A DNA stretch of 64,000 nucleotides from positions 53,258,001-53,322,000 of the forward strand of contig NW_026262690.1 in the NCBI RefSeq assembly GCF_021869535.1, read 5' to 3'. This stretch comes from Mytilus californianus (taxonomy: Eukaryota). Every line of letters begins with the position of its first letter. Position 1 is the first letter of the stretch. Shown here one piece after another: positions 37,501-51,474 of this stretch. Below the pieces are notes generated by a model. The model was not told where the DNA came from, searched no databases, and worked only from the letters and a program-made list of their open reading frames with translations. Position numbers and translations under genes: made by a program.

Positions 37501-40500
37501 TTTTTTTTATATAATTTTAAAGAATGTTGTAAATATGCTTTCGATTTAAAGTTATAATTCGCAAGTTCCGTATAGTATTTTGTAAACAAGTAAATAGAGG
37601 TGTAATCCTAGGCCCCATTCTGTTTGTAAGTCGCGCAAAGTATTTCAAAATTAGATAGTCAGACCACACAGCCCCATTTGGAATGATTAATGATGTTATG
37701 AGAAAACAAATAAACCCACATATAATGACTCATTAAAAAGAGAAGATGACTTATTTTTAAATACATATTGTGGATTATATTTACCAGAACTTTTTTTTAT
37801 CAAACTTTTGAATTTTTTACCCAAACTTGTGTAATTATGTTGATTTTAATCATTTCATGAATTGAATAACCGTAAGGGATAAAACTGGGAAATTTAATTA
37901 TGTTCCCCGAGAAAAATGTCCGGCGGCATATTGTTTTACCCCTGTCCGTCCGTCTCACATAGGGTATGTTGTTTGTACGATTTCTCCTGTTTTCAATCTA
38001 CTAGTATTAATTTTATATTATTTAGAGAGTTAACACAAAGGTGTGCACTTTGTCAGGATTTTGATGTTGTTGAAACTTTCCTCAAATGACGTCAATTTTG
38101 GTATATTAGGCATACGGGGTACTGCATGGTTTGACCGGCTAACGTCGCTTACAGTGCTAAAGCCAAAACTTTTTTATTATGTAGAGTGTTTGTACATATA
38201 TCGGGAGTGTTTGTACATATAACGGTGTGCATTTTGTCAGGATTTTGATTTTCCTTAAATTTCAACAAATTTGAAATATTAAGCATACGGTACATGGTTT
38301 GTCCAGCTTACTCCTCTTATAGTTTTCAAACTAAAATATTTCTATCGTATAGGATGGTAGGTGTGAATATTAACAAGATTTAGAATGTTCATCAAATGTT
38401 TAGAAATGACAGAAGGTTATACTTGGACATTTTTAGTGAAATTATACATTGCTGATCATTTTGTTTGACGGGGGCATCAACTACGTTTTTTTAATACAAT
38501 CAAAGCAAATTGTACTTCAACATCACTGTTTAATAAATCCAATGTTTGTGGCACGACTTTTTTGCATGTAGTTTTGTCTAGTTTATCAAGTAGAACACAG
38601 AGGCAATTAGAATGCTGACATCAGGCTTATTTTGTAGTCTTACACGATTGCTAACCAAAGAATCGAACTTTTATAGAAGTATAGATATTATCCAAACAAA
38701 GTACTCGAGAGTCTTCTTTTAGCAGACAAGTTCTGCATATAAAAATCATTGTAACCCTAACATATAAATCTCTACAGCAAGCAGGAACGAGCACATTCAA
38801 ATAAAGAATTATTGAAAAATGAAAAAACAGCACAACTTCCGATCATCAAAATATTTTAGCAAACAATAAGATGATTGAATCAAACTACAACAAAGCATTT
38901 TCGTGGTCGGATTTGTCACTGTTTATTATGTTTTCCAAAATCTTTGCCGTTTTCAACAACAGTTGTGTATTTTCCATGAGTTTTACCTCTACACAAATAT
39001 TAAATTACTCTTTGGAAAATAGACAATATGAAATTTTAAAACCCAAGCATATACTTTTCGTCAAATAATCGTTTTAAGGCTATCGAAACTACCAGCTACC
39101 TCTACGCCCTTTATTAATTATCCTTTCAGTTGTTTTTGAATTCTAAAATAACTGTCTTTTACAGAGTTTCGACAGGCTTTTAGGTTATTCGATAAAGACG
39201 GCGACGGCACAGTGTCAACCAATGAACTTGGAGTAGTGATGAGGTCATTAGGTCAAAATCCAACCGACGAAGAGTTACATGCTATGATCAATGAAGTTGA
39301 TGAGGATGGTATGTATATTATACCTGGAATAAATGACATAAGGATCATTCAGTATCATTATAATCTATTGATATAAACATAAGGAGATGTGGTATGATTG
39401 CCAATGAGATAACTATTCATCAGAGACAAATTACGAAGGTGTGAACTATAAGACACGGTTTTGCCTTCAACATCAGAAAAACCCATATCATATAGTTAGC
39501 TATAAAAGACTCCGTTATGAAAAAATATGAAACAATTCTAAAGAGATAACCAACGGCCTTGTTTATGTCGATTTAGTATAAAACTGTGTTCATATGCATA
39601 TATATTATGTTTACTTATTTATTAATTAATATTTTCCTGTGAACATACGGGTCCATAACAAGGCTACTCCCGGGGTATATATAATTGAACTAATTTCCGA
39701 CAGAGGAGAACAATCCCCTCACTGTAAGGGGCATCCGTTTGACTGTGCAGGATGTATTAATATGCAGGCACGTCCGTTCAAAATAGGGACTTCAAACACG
39801 TTGACTTGTGTTTTAAATGTGTTCTACTGCGTTTTGCACGTTCAAAAACTCGTGCAACAACACTGATTGATCCTTAGTAGGCTATTGTAAGGCAAAATGT
39901 CTGCCCTATTACAAAAATAGTTACACTCTTTTGCCAGTGACAGTCAACTCTAAGGGCGTGTTGGGAATAGAAATATGGTCATCTTGGTGTCGTTTCGATC
40001 AGAAGGAAAACCCTTGCTTAAAATGCAGGTCTGTTTGGTTGTGCGTTACACGTCCGGTAAGAATAAGGATGTTAAATCTGATGGGTCGTATAAAGAGTTG
40101 CATCAGTGTCTGCACGTTAAAAAATCCAACTCTTTGAAGGGTCCGTAGGTGCCTCACAGAAGCTACCTATTGTATTATTGCTGATAGTTTCTCGTTCTGA
40201 ATATGCATACTACTGTACATTTCCTGAAAGGCAAAAATTAATCCAGTGGCAGTCCAAATTTTCTCTCCTGCCACACCGCTCAGCTCGCATATTATTACTT
40301 TGTTCTGGATATGCATAAAATATTTATACCATTGGACCTTAAGCAAGCAACAATCGATCGATTCATCAGGAAAACTTGTCACATTTGCCGCTCGACGTTA
40401 AAATTCTAGTTGACTATTAATTATACTATCCAAAACCAAACTTTACTGCTGGTTATGTAACATACTTTATATCGGTTTACAGTCATTGCAACACTAAATA

Positions 40501-41773
40501 TATAACGAAATTGAACTTAGCTTGGCTATTTGCGAGATATACATTACATTGCATTCAAACTGGTCACGATGGCGACTATAACACTTTTGCTGCGGATAAA
40601 TCCCATTATACCGTCAGGACACTTTGATTCATTAGATTTATTGGTAGAGCTAACCCTCATCACAGAGTCCTGATAGGAAACATAAGATCTGGAACATCGT
40701 ATTAAACGACAAAGATACTCACTTTATAAGCAGGTACTTGAAGTATTGTTAAATTCATTAAACAATTGAAAAGAAATTAAAAACCGCATTGAAGAAGTGC
40801 AGTGTTTTGATATGTCGTTCGCATTTATTTGGGAAATGTCGAGTCGAACTTCCTGAAGGGTAAACACTTTTCAATTACCTAGTTTTTTTTTAATATTTAT
40901 TATGTGAAACTGATTCTGTCACTTTAACCCTCATATTATCATAATTATTTACTCTTGAAATCAAAATTTTCAACTTTCAAAAAGCTCTATAAACATTTTT
41001 TACTTAAGCAAACACGTTCCTTTATCCCTATATATTGTATTTGTAATGAACTAAGTGAGAATCAATGTTTGGTTGAACTCCAAGTCCTGTTGACCTTTTC
41101 CCTTTGCTTTCTAAAACATGTGAGCGACGTGAAATATTTTCCAAACAACGAAAAATAATACCATACATTTTAGAGCTTCCAAACGATTTAAAATAATGCC
41201 TATAATTTAAATTTATCTAAATCAATTTGTCTTTACAGGAAATGGGGAAATAGACTTTGACGAATTTTTGTCGATGATTGCTAAAAAGATGGGGGATATT
41301 GATTCAGAGGACGATTTAATTCAAGCTTTTCGGATTTTTGACACAAATCGAACCGGGTACATTACATCACAGGAGTTCAGGGAAGTCATGATGAATCTTG
41401 GAGAACGGCTGTCATATGATGAGGTCACAGAAATGATAATAGCAGCAGACAAACATTCCACGGGAAAAATCAATTATGCAGGTACAAACAGTGGGAAAAC
41501 ATTATCATTTTTCGGATAATATTTGATAATTAAAAATCAATTGTACGATTTCAGTTTCAGTAACCTTGCATCTGAAGGTAATGAGTTATACATAAGGTAT
41601 GGGGTTAATCGTGAATGCAAGAGTCAGAAGAATATTAAACGTTGCGATTAAAATATTTCTGAAACAAAATGTACATTAAAATAAAAAAAAAATAGAATGA
41701 CAAACAGTGCATACGCTACTAATTTACCATTTGTTTCTTCTTTTCAGAGTTTTGCGCATTGTTAACAAAGTAA
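34558..41773 (+). CDS. Calmodulin-like protein, cluster gene 4 (150 aa, C-lobe degenerate); join(34558..34560,36960..36996,39165..39308,41239..41481,41748..41773)
   Basis: 453 nt spliced. Protein [151 protein letters not shown] second ATG|GTAAG candidate lies at 35472-35474. Confidence 0.92.
36960..36996 (+). CDS. Gene 4 exon 2 ([13 protein letters not shown])
   Basis: ctattgtag|ACATCG...GAAG|gtaagt, 37 nt (3n+1); LTxxQV resembles LTEEQI. Confidence 0.9.
37900..38490. mobile_element. HINE-like element in gene 4 intron 2
   Basis: CCCCTGTCCGTCCGTC microsatellite end, internal repeats GTGCACTTTGTCAGGATTTTGAT, terminal GGGGGCAT. Confidence 0.45.
39165..39308 (+). CDS. Gene 4 exon 3
   Basis: ttttacag|AGTTT...GATG|gtatgt, 144 nt; [13 protein letters not shown]. 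Confidence 0.96.
41239..41481 (+). CDS. Gene 4 exon 4
   Basis: ctttacag|GAAAT...GCAG|gtacaa, 243 nt; overlaps ORF 41268..41519. Confidence 0.96.
41748..41773 (+). CDS. Gene 4 exon 5 (EFCALLTK*)
   Basis: ttcttttcag|AGTTTTGC...AAGTAA. Confidence 0.92.
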
Positions 41774-43439
41774 ATGAGATGCTCTATCCTCAAAGAAGCA
41801 TCTTACGAAACTGACGTGTTACAAGAGAAATATGGAACCTGCTTACAAAGAGCAAAGTTGGTAGAATGAAAATGTAATGATGGACAGTAGATGTAAATAC
41901 TTTCACAAACATAACATGAGTAGAAATATTTATGTAGATGAAATGTTAATTTGTGGTTTACGGTTTACAATATTCAAATGTACATATAATTTCAAACATT
42001 ACACATGCCATTCAACGTCATTTTTTTTCTTTTGAAAATACATGTAATGCATTCAATTTAATCAAGATGCATTCCATACCAGCTGAAATAGATCTTGTCG
42101 CCTTGCCATATCTTTCATTTGCAATGTGTTTTGGTAATGGCTGAACAATTGTGATTATGACATTTTTCAGTATTTGCCTTTTTGTAATCGATCAAACGGA
42201 GGAGACGATTTTTTATTACAGAGATAAAATGTTAGATAAAATTACAGAAACAGAATGTTACACTAAAACAATTTGTATAGGGTTGTTGCACACAAGAATT
42301 AAAAAAAATTGTCTCGATAAGACTACCAAATTGTACGAGAATATTGTGATTAAAAATGCTTTGCCTCGATATATGTATATAAATCTCGTGCAATACAGTA
42401 TCATATATGTTAATACAATATTAAAACCATAATATGACTTTCTTCATTTCTTCCAAACTGTTTTTTTAACAACAACGACTGTAGCTCTATTTCTGCCATG
42501 TTTTTCTGTCTTTTTTTTTTTAGAAGTACAACATCGTTTTTAGTTAAAAAAAAAACAACTCTCTAGAGTCGACCAGACAATAAGGAAGAGTGCAAATTAG
42601 GGAAATAATTTTCCGGCATGCACTGTGTCTAACGATTCAGAATACTAGGTCTATAACGTTATCATCCAAGAATGACAAGTACAAGCAGCACTTCGTATTG
42701 TGTTTTGATTTTGCAAACAAAATCTATGGGAAATATTTTTGCAATAAACTATTGAAATATCAATCTATCTTATATGTACTCACGTCTTTATCTTTTAATG
42801 TTTTTACTTTAATTTTGAAAATAGTAAAAAAAAAACTTTACAAGAGAAACTTAACGTTTTGCAAAAGATTGTCGTATGTAGTGTGGATTTTTGGGATTCT
42901 ATGAAGATCATAATCATAGAATTTTGTGATATGTGTAAGATTTATTTCATTCTTTTTTCTTTTTCATAAGTATCACATATTTTGAACTTATAATGTCGGA
43001 AATTTGAAGCCACTAATGAGTGGCCCGTAGATACATTTAACATGGAAGTATTGTATGTGTTTATTTAAATGCACATCAAAATATAATAAATAATTATGTA
43101 ACAATGGTGTTGCGATTTCTTAAGCCGTTATATGCTGTGCACGTTTCTTTAAAATATTCCACTTATATTCATGAATTATATTTAGTACAGTTTTCGGATA
43201 ATATGTATTTGATCTACTGTTTAGTATTTAAAGGATTATATTTATAATAACAGCTTTTCTTTTTTTTTAAATTAAGACTATTTTCTAAATGTTTAATTCG
43301 TCCACTCGACGTTAACAACTAAAAAGTCAATGTGAAATACCAATGTTCTAGAAGTTTTCTAAAAATGTTTGCTAAAGATATTAAATTTTCTGAATAAGGC
43401 ACATTTAGTAGTTTTATATATATATATATATATATATAT

Positions 43440-44165
43440 CATACTTGGTTTGAACGTTGTTTTCAATTTAAACTTGTTTATATTTTTTCGTTTGTGCTTG
43501 TATTATATTTGCTACGGGTTTATATGATCCGTTCATCCTATTTCGACTCTTTAAAATTCAAGAGTCTATCCTAAATTGAGGTAAATTATATGGCCTTCCA
43601 AATACCGTTTCGATCCCTAACATCACTGAAGAGACATTAATTGTCGAAATCCAGATATGGTGTACACATTTTTGCACCTCATGTTTGCGGTATACCATCT
43701 TCTTTGCAAGTTTATTGTTTTCTGTTTGGTATTAAATTAATAATTAAGATCCATGTTACATCTCGTGATAAATTTATTTGGCAATCGCCAATGGCAGTCA
43801 GCAGGGTTTAAGAACATCAGTTGTTCGACCTGTAAGTCAAATGCGATTTGTTAAAATATACTTTTCACTTTTTTGGTCTTTTGGAAAATGTTGTTTGTGC
43901 TGTATTTAGACCCCTCTACCAAGACATTTGTTTTACATGCACACGTATAAAAATTACTGTTTTTATCCAACGCAATCATAGGTTTGAACGTTGTTTTCAA
44001 TTTAGACTTGTTTATACTTTTTCACATTTTTGGTCTTTTGAAAAATGTTGTTTGTGCTGTATTTAGACCCCTCTACCAAGAAATTTGTTTTGCATGCACA
44101 CGTATAAAAATTGCGGTTTTTATCCAACGCAATCATAGGTTTGAACGTTGTTTTCAATTTAGACT
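43440..44165 (+). mobile_element. Hammerhead-bearing repeat (Penelope-like or retrozyme-like) between (TA)n tracts
   Basis: GGTTTGAACGTTGTTTTCAATTT at 43447, 43981, 44138 (534-bp and 157-bp periods); (TA)n at 43415-43438 and 44165-44174. Confidence 0.65.
43621..43662 (+). ncRNA. Minimal type I hammerhead ribozyme
   Basis: CATCA-CTGAAGA-GAC(ATTAATT)GTC-GAA-ATCCAGAT-A-TGGTG: intact core, stem II, stem I CAUCA/UGGUG, AUA cleavage triplet, short quasi-palindromic stem III. Confidence 0.7.
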
Positions 44166-44512
44166 ATATATATAAATTAAAACGCTTCTACCGCTCTGAT
44201 ACACGTGGATAGCCCCAAATTCAAACGTACAATGCTCGTTTAATTAAAACAAACACTTATAAATCTGTAGAACATTGTTGCTTTTTTTCTCTCGAAATAA
44301 CGTTACTTGAAAACTAAGAGTCTTTCTGTCTAACCCAAATATGTTTTTCAATATGTAGGAGAAATTGTGTTATAGCTACTAAAAAAAACAAAACAAAAAA
44401 AGTTAAGCAAAGTATGTGAGCCCTTCAGGATAAAAAATTTCCAAACGGTATATTTGTTTGATCTTAAATGATAACATCATTGGAAGAGAAACATATCTTA
44501 ATTGATTCTATG

Positions 44513-45187
44513 GACCTGGCGTGGTGTTCTCGAAGCTATCTTAGGATTAGGTCGTGTCCTAAGACCATCTTATGACACGTCTTTGTCCTAAGTCGTGTTC
44601 TCGAAGCTCTCTTAACTTAGGATACATCGCATTTTTCGTCCTAACTTTAGGACACCTAATTAGGTGTCTTAAGATTATCCTATCTTCATCCTAACTTTTT
44701 GCATGCTTTTTGCTCAATTTTTTACGTGAAGATGAACATGAAATGAAACGCACCATCGGTAATTATTTAGTGTATAAAGCAATTGTGCATGATTTTAAAC
44801 TTTGAACTTCGTGTTTCACAATACGATGACACTACGAATTCAATTCTCATTTCAAAACAAATTGTTTTCCAGTTTAAAATTTACACTCTTTTTTCATATT
44901 ATTTTATTATAACATTTGAAACCATGCATTTAACTAAATACATGTAATTAGTAAATTTCGTAAACAATTTTATTAATTGGTTTCGTCTTTAATAAATGTT
45001 TTATCAAAAAAATACTTTAACTATTTAAAATTTCGCACTTTGGATATGTTAAGGACGTCCTAACATAAGATGCGTCTAAGATAGCTTCGAGACACAACTT
45101 AAGAGTGTCCTAAGATTATCCTAAGTCCATTCTAAAATTGGTCTTAGGACGAATCTTAGGATACTTTCGAGAACACCACCCCTGGTC
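44513..45187. mobile_element. MITE / non-autonomous TIR DNA transposon
   Basis: Ends GACCTGGCGTGGTGTTCTCGAA and TTCGAGAACACCACCCCTGGTC (20/22 inverted match); sub-terminal CTTAGGA/TCCTAAG repeats. Confidence 0.85.
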
Positions 45188-48100
45188 TCAAAAGGAAAAA
45201 CATATACAAATACAATACAACAACTAAACTTCTCTGTGTAAAAATAACAGTTCAGTTTGTTTGTATGCTAGGGAGACCACGAAATAACTATAATCTTTGT
45301 TTAATACCTATAAACAAGTAATAATATTTATTGTTAGCAAACCAAGTTATGCAGGGGACTGGTAAGAAAATGAAGACACAAGGACAAAAAATCTGTAAGA
45401 TCATTTTGTTAGCTACCAAAATTTAAGTTTATCTAAGACTATGAAACAAGCAAACCTTACTTTTATACATTAGGTACACACTTGAAGAGATCAGCTGTAA
45501 TAACCGTATCTGTTATCTTGTTTCTCAACTCAAGTAAGAATAAATGGGAAAGGGTTTGTTTGTTCGATACACATTCCTCACCAGGTCAAATCATAACTTG
45601 TTTGCTGTCTTCACGTGGCATAAAAAACTCGTAGGCTCGGGGTCAGAAAATGTGACTAGTTGGGTAATATATAAGCTTGTCAGTGACATACTATATGAGC
45701 TAGCAAATTAAATTATATTTTGGTAGTTTGGTCTATTGCAATGCGGGGCCAATACAAATAACACATGATTAAATGTTCTCCTTCTGAATATAGTAGGACT
45801 ACCCACGGGATGTAAAACAAGATTTTACAGGCATCAATCCCAGTCATAAAGAAATAAGGAGTCTTAACCTTACTTATAACGTCTTTAGCCAGTTCTGAAA
45901 CTTGAACAATAGCGAATTTATTCCATGTTAAATAACGACCAACCTTTCTGTGTCCACACTTATAATCATAAAGATACAATTGTAAGAGTAGCGTAAGTGA
46001 ACTCTAGGGACCATCCTGGTCTGACTGTATAGGTTGAGTTTATATGTTCATCGTTGAAGATCATCCAGCAAGTATGAAGATGAAGGACAACAATAAAAGC
46101 GCTAATTTCTTTTTTATTAAGATTTTGGTTTTTACTAGTAATTCATGGACTTGCACGTCTCGTCTTATCCATTTCGCTTGCAATTGTGTTTCCATCTATC
46201 TATTAACAGCCTCTAGATGTATTTAGGGCACATTTTGTTGTCTTCATCTATTTATGGATATGCTATCTAGTTACATAGGAAAATCCTCTTGGATACCGAA
46301 AAATTGAAATTAACGCCCTTGTCTATGGTCTTAAACTGATCGTATGATATTGTGCATAAATAAGGTATGTAACAACACGTTGTCTTGCTTTCTATTTTGA
46401 TTTAGAAATTATTTTTGTTTATGCACCGCTTTTTCATATTTAAGCGATTAAGGATTAGCCAGGATGGACACTCAATATAATAACTTTCATACATGTATTT
46501 GTAAACCAATTTAATTTCCTATCTACCTCAGAATGTGAAATTGATTTTTCTTTTTAATTTGATGAAATATAATTCTGATTTATCGCAGGTATAAACACGA
46601 TTATCATTTATTACACTGTATTATTTATCCAACACTTGATATATTGAGGTAATAAAATAGTCATAATCCCCTATTTACCCTCTTTGTAAATCTGCAAACA
46701 TAACAGAAAAGTAATTCAATTGAAAACTTATCTTTATTTGTTTGGAAAGCACATACAATGTACATGTAAATAGGTTGTCGCATTGCGGCAAATCACTAGG
46801 AACGGTACGATTTATTTAATCTTATAATATTTTAAGAGTCAATGTACCCCACATATTGGTATTTAACTAACGAGTGACAATGTGTTACATACATATATTT
46901 GTTACGTGAATTTTAGTGTAAAAAAGTATTTTTATTTAAAGTAACAATTTCATGTGATCTGAGACTACTATTAAACATGTTATAATAGTCTCCGATATTA
47001 TGTAAGCTAAACCCGTTTAATCAAATAGCTTTTGTTCCCAAATTCCTATAATCAAAACTATTTTCATTTAGATAAAATGACATGTTTGTGATAGGTCAAT
47101 GTGACAGCAACTTGGCAACACAAAACAAATGCAAACGCCATCTATTTCAAACCAAATCATATTGACAAAAATTTAACATATACAAGCGTTTTCATTTATT
47201 CAAATTGTACACGCCACACATGTTTCACAATGTCAAAGGTTACATGTAGCGGTGTTGAATATGAAGAGGAAATATAGTCATCCATTATCCTTTTGTGTAA
47301 AAACTAAATCTGAACATGCACTTGATTCACTAGGAGGATTAAGATTGGTCAAAATCAAAGCCAAAATCGACATACCTGGAAAAATATGTAAAATAAACAA
47401 ACGGAACAAATGAAAACAACAGCTGTACCATATTCCCTATTGGGTTAAGGCAATTTCAAAGGAATTTATATTTCGACCAATTGTAATTCGTCAAGATGTA
47501 AGGGGTTTCATTCAAATAGAGCAACATTCAATTTTCATCATTTCAGGCTGCATACATTTTACAACTATATTAGCAGAGATTGCGAGTAACAATTAACGTT
47601 AACATATAACCAATCTCTTGATAAACATGGGAAACGTGGTGTTAAACTACCCAACAGTTCCAGCTCCGTTCCAAAGTTTTATCGTACTAATTGATTGGGT
47701 ATGCAGGGAATGAATTGAGTGCAAGAACAATGGAGACGATCAATGTCCAAACTTTGACACGATGCTTAGTCTTAAGGATTGTTGTTCAATCTTTATTCTT
47801 TCCATCTTAGAGAACGTTTGTTCTCTTTGATTGGTTGTTTGGTACAACAAATGTGTATATCCATCGTAAACATTGTCATAAACTGAAATGAAAAGAAAGG
47901 GTTTGGTGTATCTATTTTAATTGTTAACGTATAAACCCTATTCGAACTTGACGAAAAAGAAACAGTGCTTTTATTGATGTTCTTCATCTAAAAATCATAG
48001 TGCTTCAAAACTCAGGCCGAAACAAAATATACCCCTCAGTGCTACTAGTATAGGACAGAGTATACTATAATTCTTTGTTAGATGTGGATCATGTAACATA

Positions 48101-48433
48101 AGAGCATTGAGGCACATTTTTGCAGGGTAATAAATGTGCAGTATTGACTATTCCCTATTTCTTTTTTCTTTACTAATTTTGAATGTATCATATCAATTTT
48201 TAAAATTCATTTGCTTTGCATAAAAAGATTCGATGTCACAATTAAAGAGAACGAAAAAGTATATCATCACCGTAATATTATATCCAACGAGCTGTGTACT
48301 TGTTCAAAGCGAGATAACTCATCATATATTCTTCTCAAACATTTACATTGTAAAAGTCTAAAGCGAATTCATGTACTAAAAAGAAGAAAAAAATCACTTA
48401 AACACACGAACGTATAAAACGTAAAGACCAAAA

Positions 48434-48585
48434 AAAGGTATAAATGCCATATACTTATATGAGTCGGAAGAAAGGTATAAATGCCATATACTTATATGAG
48501 TCGGAAGAAAGGTATAAATGCCATATACTTATATGAGTCGGAAGAAAGGTATAAATGCCATATACTTATATGAGTCGGAAGAAAG
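48434..48585. repeat. 37-bp tandem repeat, 4 identical copies
   Basis: GGTATAAATGCCATATACTTATATGAGTCGGAAGAAA at 48437, 48474, 48511, 48548. Confidence 0.97.
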
Positions 48586-49149
48586 AATGTCATAAAGATA
48601 TATGACATTAAAAGTAACTAAAATGGAATCAGCATGAATAATATTATGGCAGTGGCCTCTTCAGATTATGAAAGGCTTTTAATTTTATTCATTCTTACTT
48701 CGTCTCGTCATAATTACTCATCCGTCCCCAAAACATTTCCGTTTAAATTAGGGTCAGAATCCTTTATTTTGTAATACAATTTTGAAAAGGTATAAACATT
48801 TGCAAGATTTCTGAACATCCCGTAAATATATGGTTAAAAGTGGGGTATGATACCATGGCGGCAACCAAAAACAATATTTCGGAGAAAAACAGACAATACC
48901 ATTACCAAATAGTAAACCGACGAAAAGAAAAACAACAACCCAGAAAACATTGCACAGAAAAAACTAAAGATTAAACAACACAAGTCTCATATAAAACGGG
49001 TCGGTCTCGGGTGCTCCGGAATGGTAAACAGTTATTGTTCACTTCTGGCATCCGTCGAGATGCTTATGGCAATTGCATTTTCGGTAATAAGTTGCCTTCG
49101 GTTTTCTTACAACCGATGTTGAAGTGTCCATGCAAGCATCAATTTACCG

Positions 49150-49620
49150 TTTGTCTCTACAGTACTGGACAGTACAAAATAACCAAACTCTACTCCTCGG
49201 TTAGTTTTACAATAAACAAGTATACTTACTAAAAAGCTGTCTAAATTAGGAACATTCTAGCTTCAAAAAGGTTATTCGTGAGAGCATAAGTACATTGTAC
49301 TACCATCAAATAGGATAATCCCTCACGCCATATTGCGAATGTGGAGAAGAAGAAAAAACAGAACACTTCCTACCCAAGTGTGCAAGATACCAACAAGAAA
49401 GAACAGAAATGATACGACAGCTGGAAACATGGAACATCCAGACAGACACGACAACAGTACTGGCACCAACAAGAAAAGACACCAACAATAGAACAGCACA
49501 TATTAATGGGGAGATTTCTAGAACTAGTAAAGCATGAATCCCGATCCTGCACATAAAAAGTATACCCAAGTACCGAGAGATACTACTTAAAGAAATATGG
49601 TACCAGATTAAACAATTAGC
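49150..49620 (+). mobile_element. Degenerate LINE 3' fragment (C-terminal zinc knuckle of ORF2)
   Basis: Frame through 49334 reads YCECGEEEKTEHFLPKCARYQQER (C-x-C-x7-H-x4-C); upstream stops. Confidence 0.65.
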
Positions 49621-51474
49621 ACAACGTGACAAGTCGTATCAATGTATGTTTAACTTTGACCTTAGGATCAGGAACAGGATAATCCTTTTTGATATGTTTC
49701 AGAAAACAAGGCTCAATTCTCGATTAAAATTCATGAAAAAATTTATGGTACTAGACACATTCTTGACAAGTTTTACTTATTACACTCAACAATGGAATTT
49801 ATCTATAATACTCAATAATTGTCTTTCATACATTTTTAAAACAGCAAAAAGTAAATTAACAAAAATACCGAACTGCAAGGGAAATTCAAAACGGAAAGTC
49901 CTTTATAAAAATGGCAAAATCAATTGCTCAAACACATCTAACGAATGTTAAACAACTGTCATATTCCTGACTTGGTACAGCCATTTCCTTATGTAGAAAA
50001 TGGAGGATTAAACGTGGTTTTATAGCTAACTAAACCTCTCGCTTGTATGACAGTCGCATTGATACACTTTCCAAGTGAGGGATTATACATGGATGACAAA
50101 GTAAAATTATTATATACATTATACAACGAGTATTATATAATTATTAACATGAAGGTTTGGCTAATAAACTCATCATAGATACACTCGAATTAAAAATGTG
50201 ATAACAAATACGAAGTTGAAGAGCATGGATGACCTAAAACTTGTTAAATTATTTTAAGCAATTTTTAATTTTTTTGACTGATACTGTTTAGATCAGAGTC
50301 TTTATTAATAATGATTAATTATCTTATGTCTTTCACCTAAATTTCGAAAGGATTTTGATGTCAAAACAAATGGCGGGAGTAATATCGAATGAAGGAATGG
50401 ACACATTCACATTCTCATCAAAATATTGACTCAGAGGCAAACAAAACTTTCAACAATATCAATATTAATGTTGCTAAAGTAAAATCGTTATTAACGAGAT
50501 CCAGCTAACATAGATGCTGCCATCCACCAATATCCTCTACGTAGTCTGCTGGAACGTAAGATTCTTATCGAGGCAGTTGTAATAATCTTTTTGTTTTTGG
50601 TTTTGGATTGGATTTACGGTCTTGATTCGAAATAGCCTAACTATATTAATAGATGATCGAGTAGTCTTTTCTTTTACCGTTTTGTTTCGCGTTTAATGAT
50701 TGCCCGGCGGATACTATTTTTGAATCCACGGAGGATCCTTAATAATCATATATAAAAATCTATCTTTTTTTTTGTTAAGGATGTCCTGTGATTTATATTT
50801 ATACAAAAACAAGTATTTACATTTTCAAATCTAATAGGTTTCAACAAATTTCCGATTTCGACCGTGTAAGTGAAACAAATACTAAAGAAATTGACCATAT
50901 ATTAACATTCAAAGTTGGATGTAAAGCACAACCTGACATATGCTCATGTCCGTTGTTCCAAGTCAATTGCTTTTTATATCTGAAAGTTTTTATCATTTGA
51001 TAATTTGGTGTAGTCGGAAGGTCTTTGATAGTCAGACTTTGTTTTATTTTTAAACTTTGTTTACTCGGCCAATTAAAAGCTGGACATATTGCATATACAT
51101 TTGTCTATTGTAGAAGACCATGCAAGTTTACCTTTATAAATATGCCTCTTGTTTTTTTTGTGTGGCTATATATATATATATCTCGTCTCTGTTTATTATT
51201 ACAATTGTTATCAACTATAAAAGTATTTTTTGTAATAAAATATGACTTGTGTTCTACTTGCTCCATGTGTATGTTTCGTTTTAAGGCGTTTCTTTGATGT
51301 TCGCTATTTTAGTATTTCAATCGTCTATTTTATCTTTCTGTAATGTTAATTAATGGTTTTCTTACACTATTTAGAAAGTGTTATTTTCATGCAACCGTTG
51401 AAAAGAAAATTAAGAAGAAGACATGTGTATATCATATAATAAAATTTAAAAAAAAATCAATTTGTACATATATA

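Noticed and set aside
39600-40400. GC-richer stretch with short ORFs in gene 4 intron 3
   Set aside because: No recognisable protein motif or termini; probably an old TE remnant.
45713-45979. 88-aa minus-strand ORF in a slightly GC-richer region
   Set aside because: No recognisable domain and no convincing splice sites.
48434-48585. CRISPR-like 37-bp repeats
   Set aside because: Units are contiguous with no spacers, there are no cas genes, and the context is eukaryotic.
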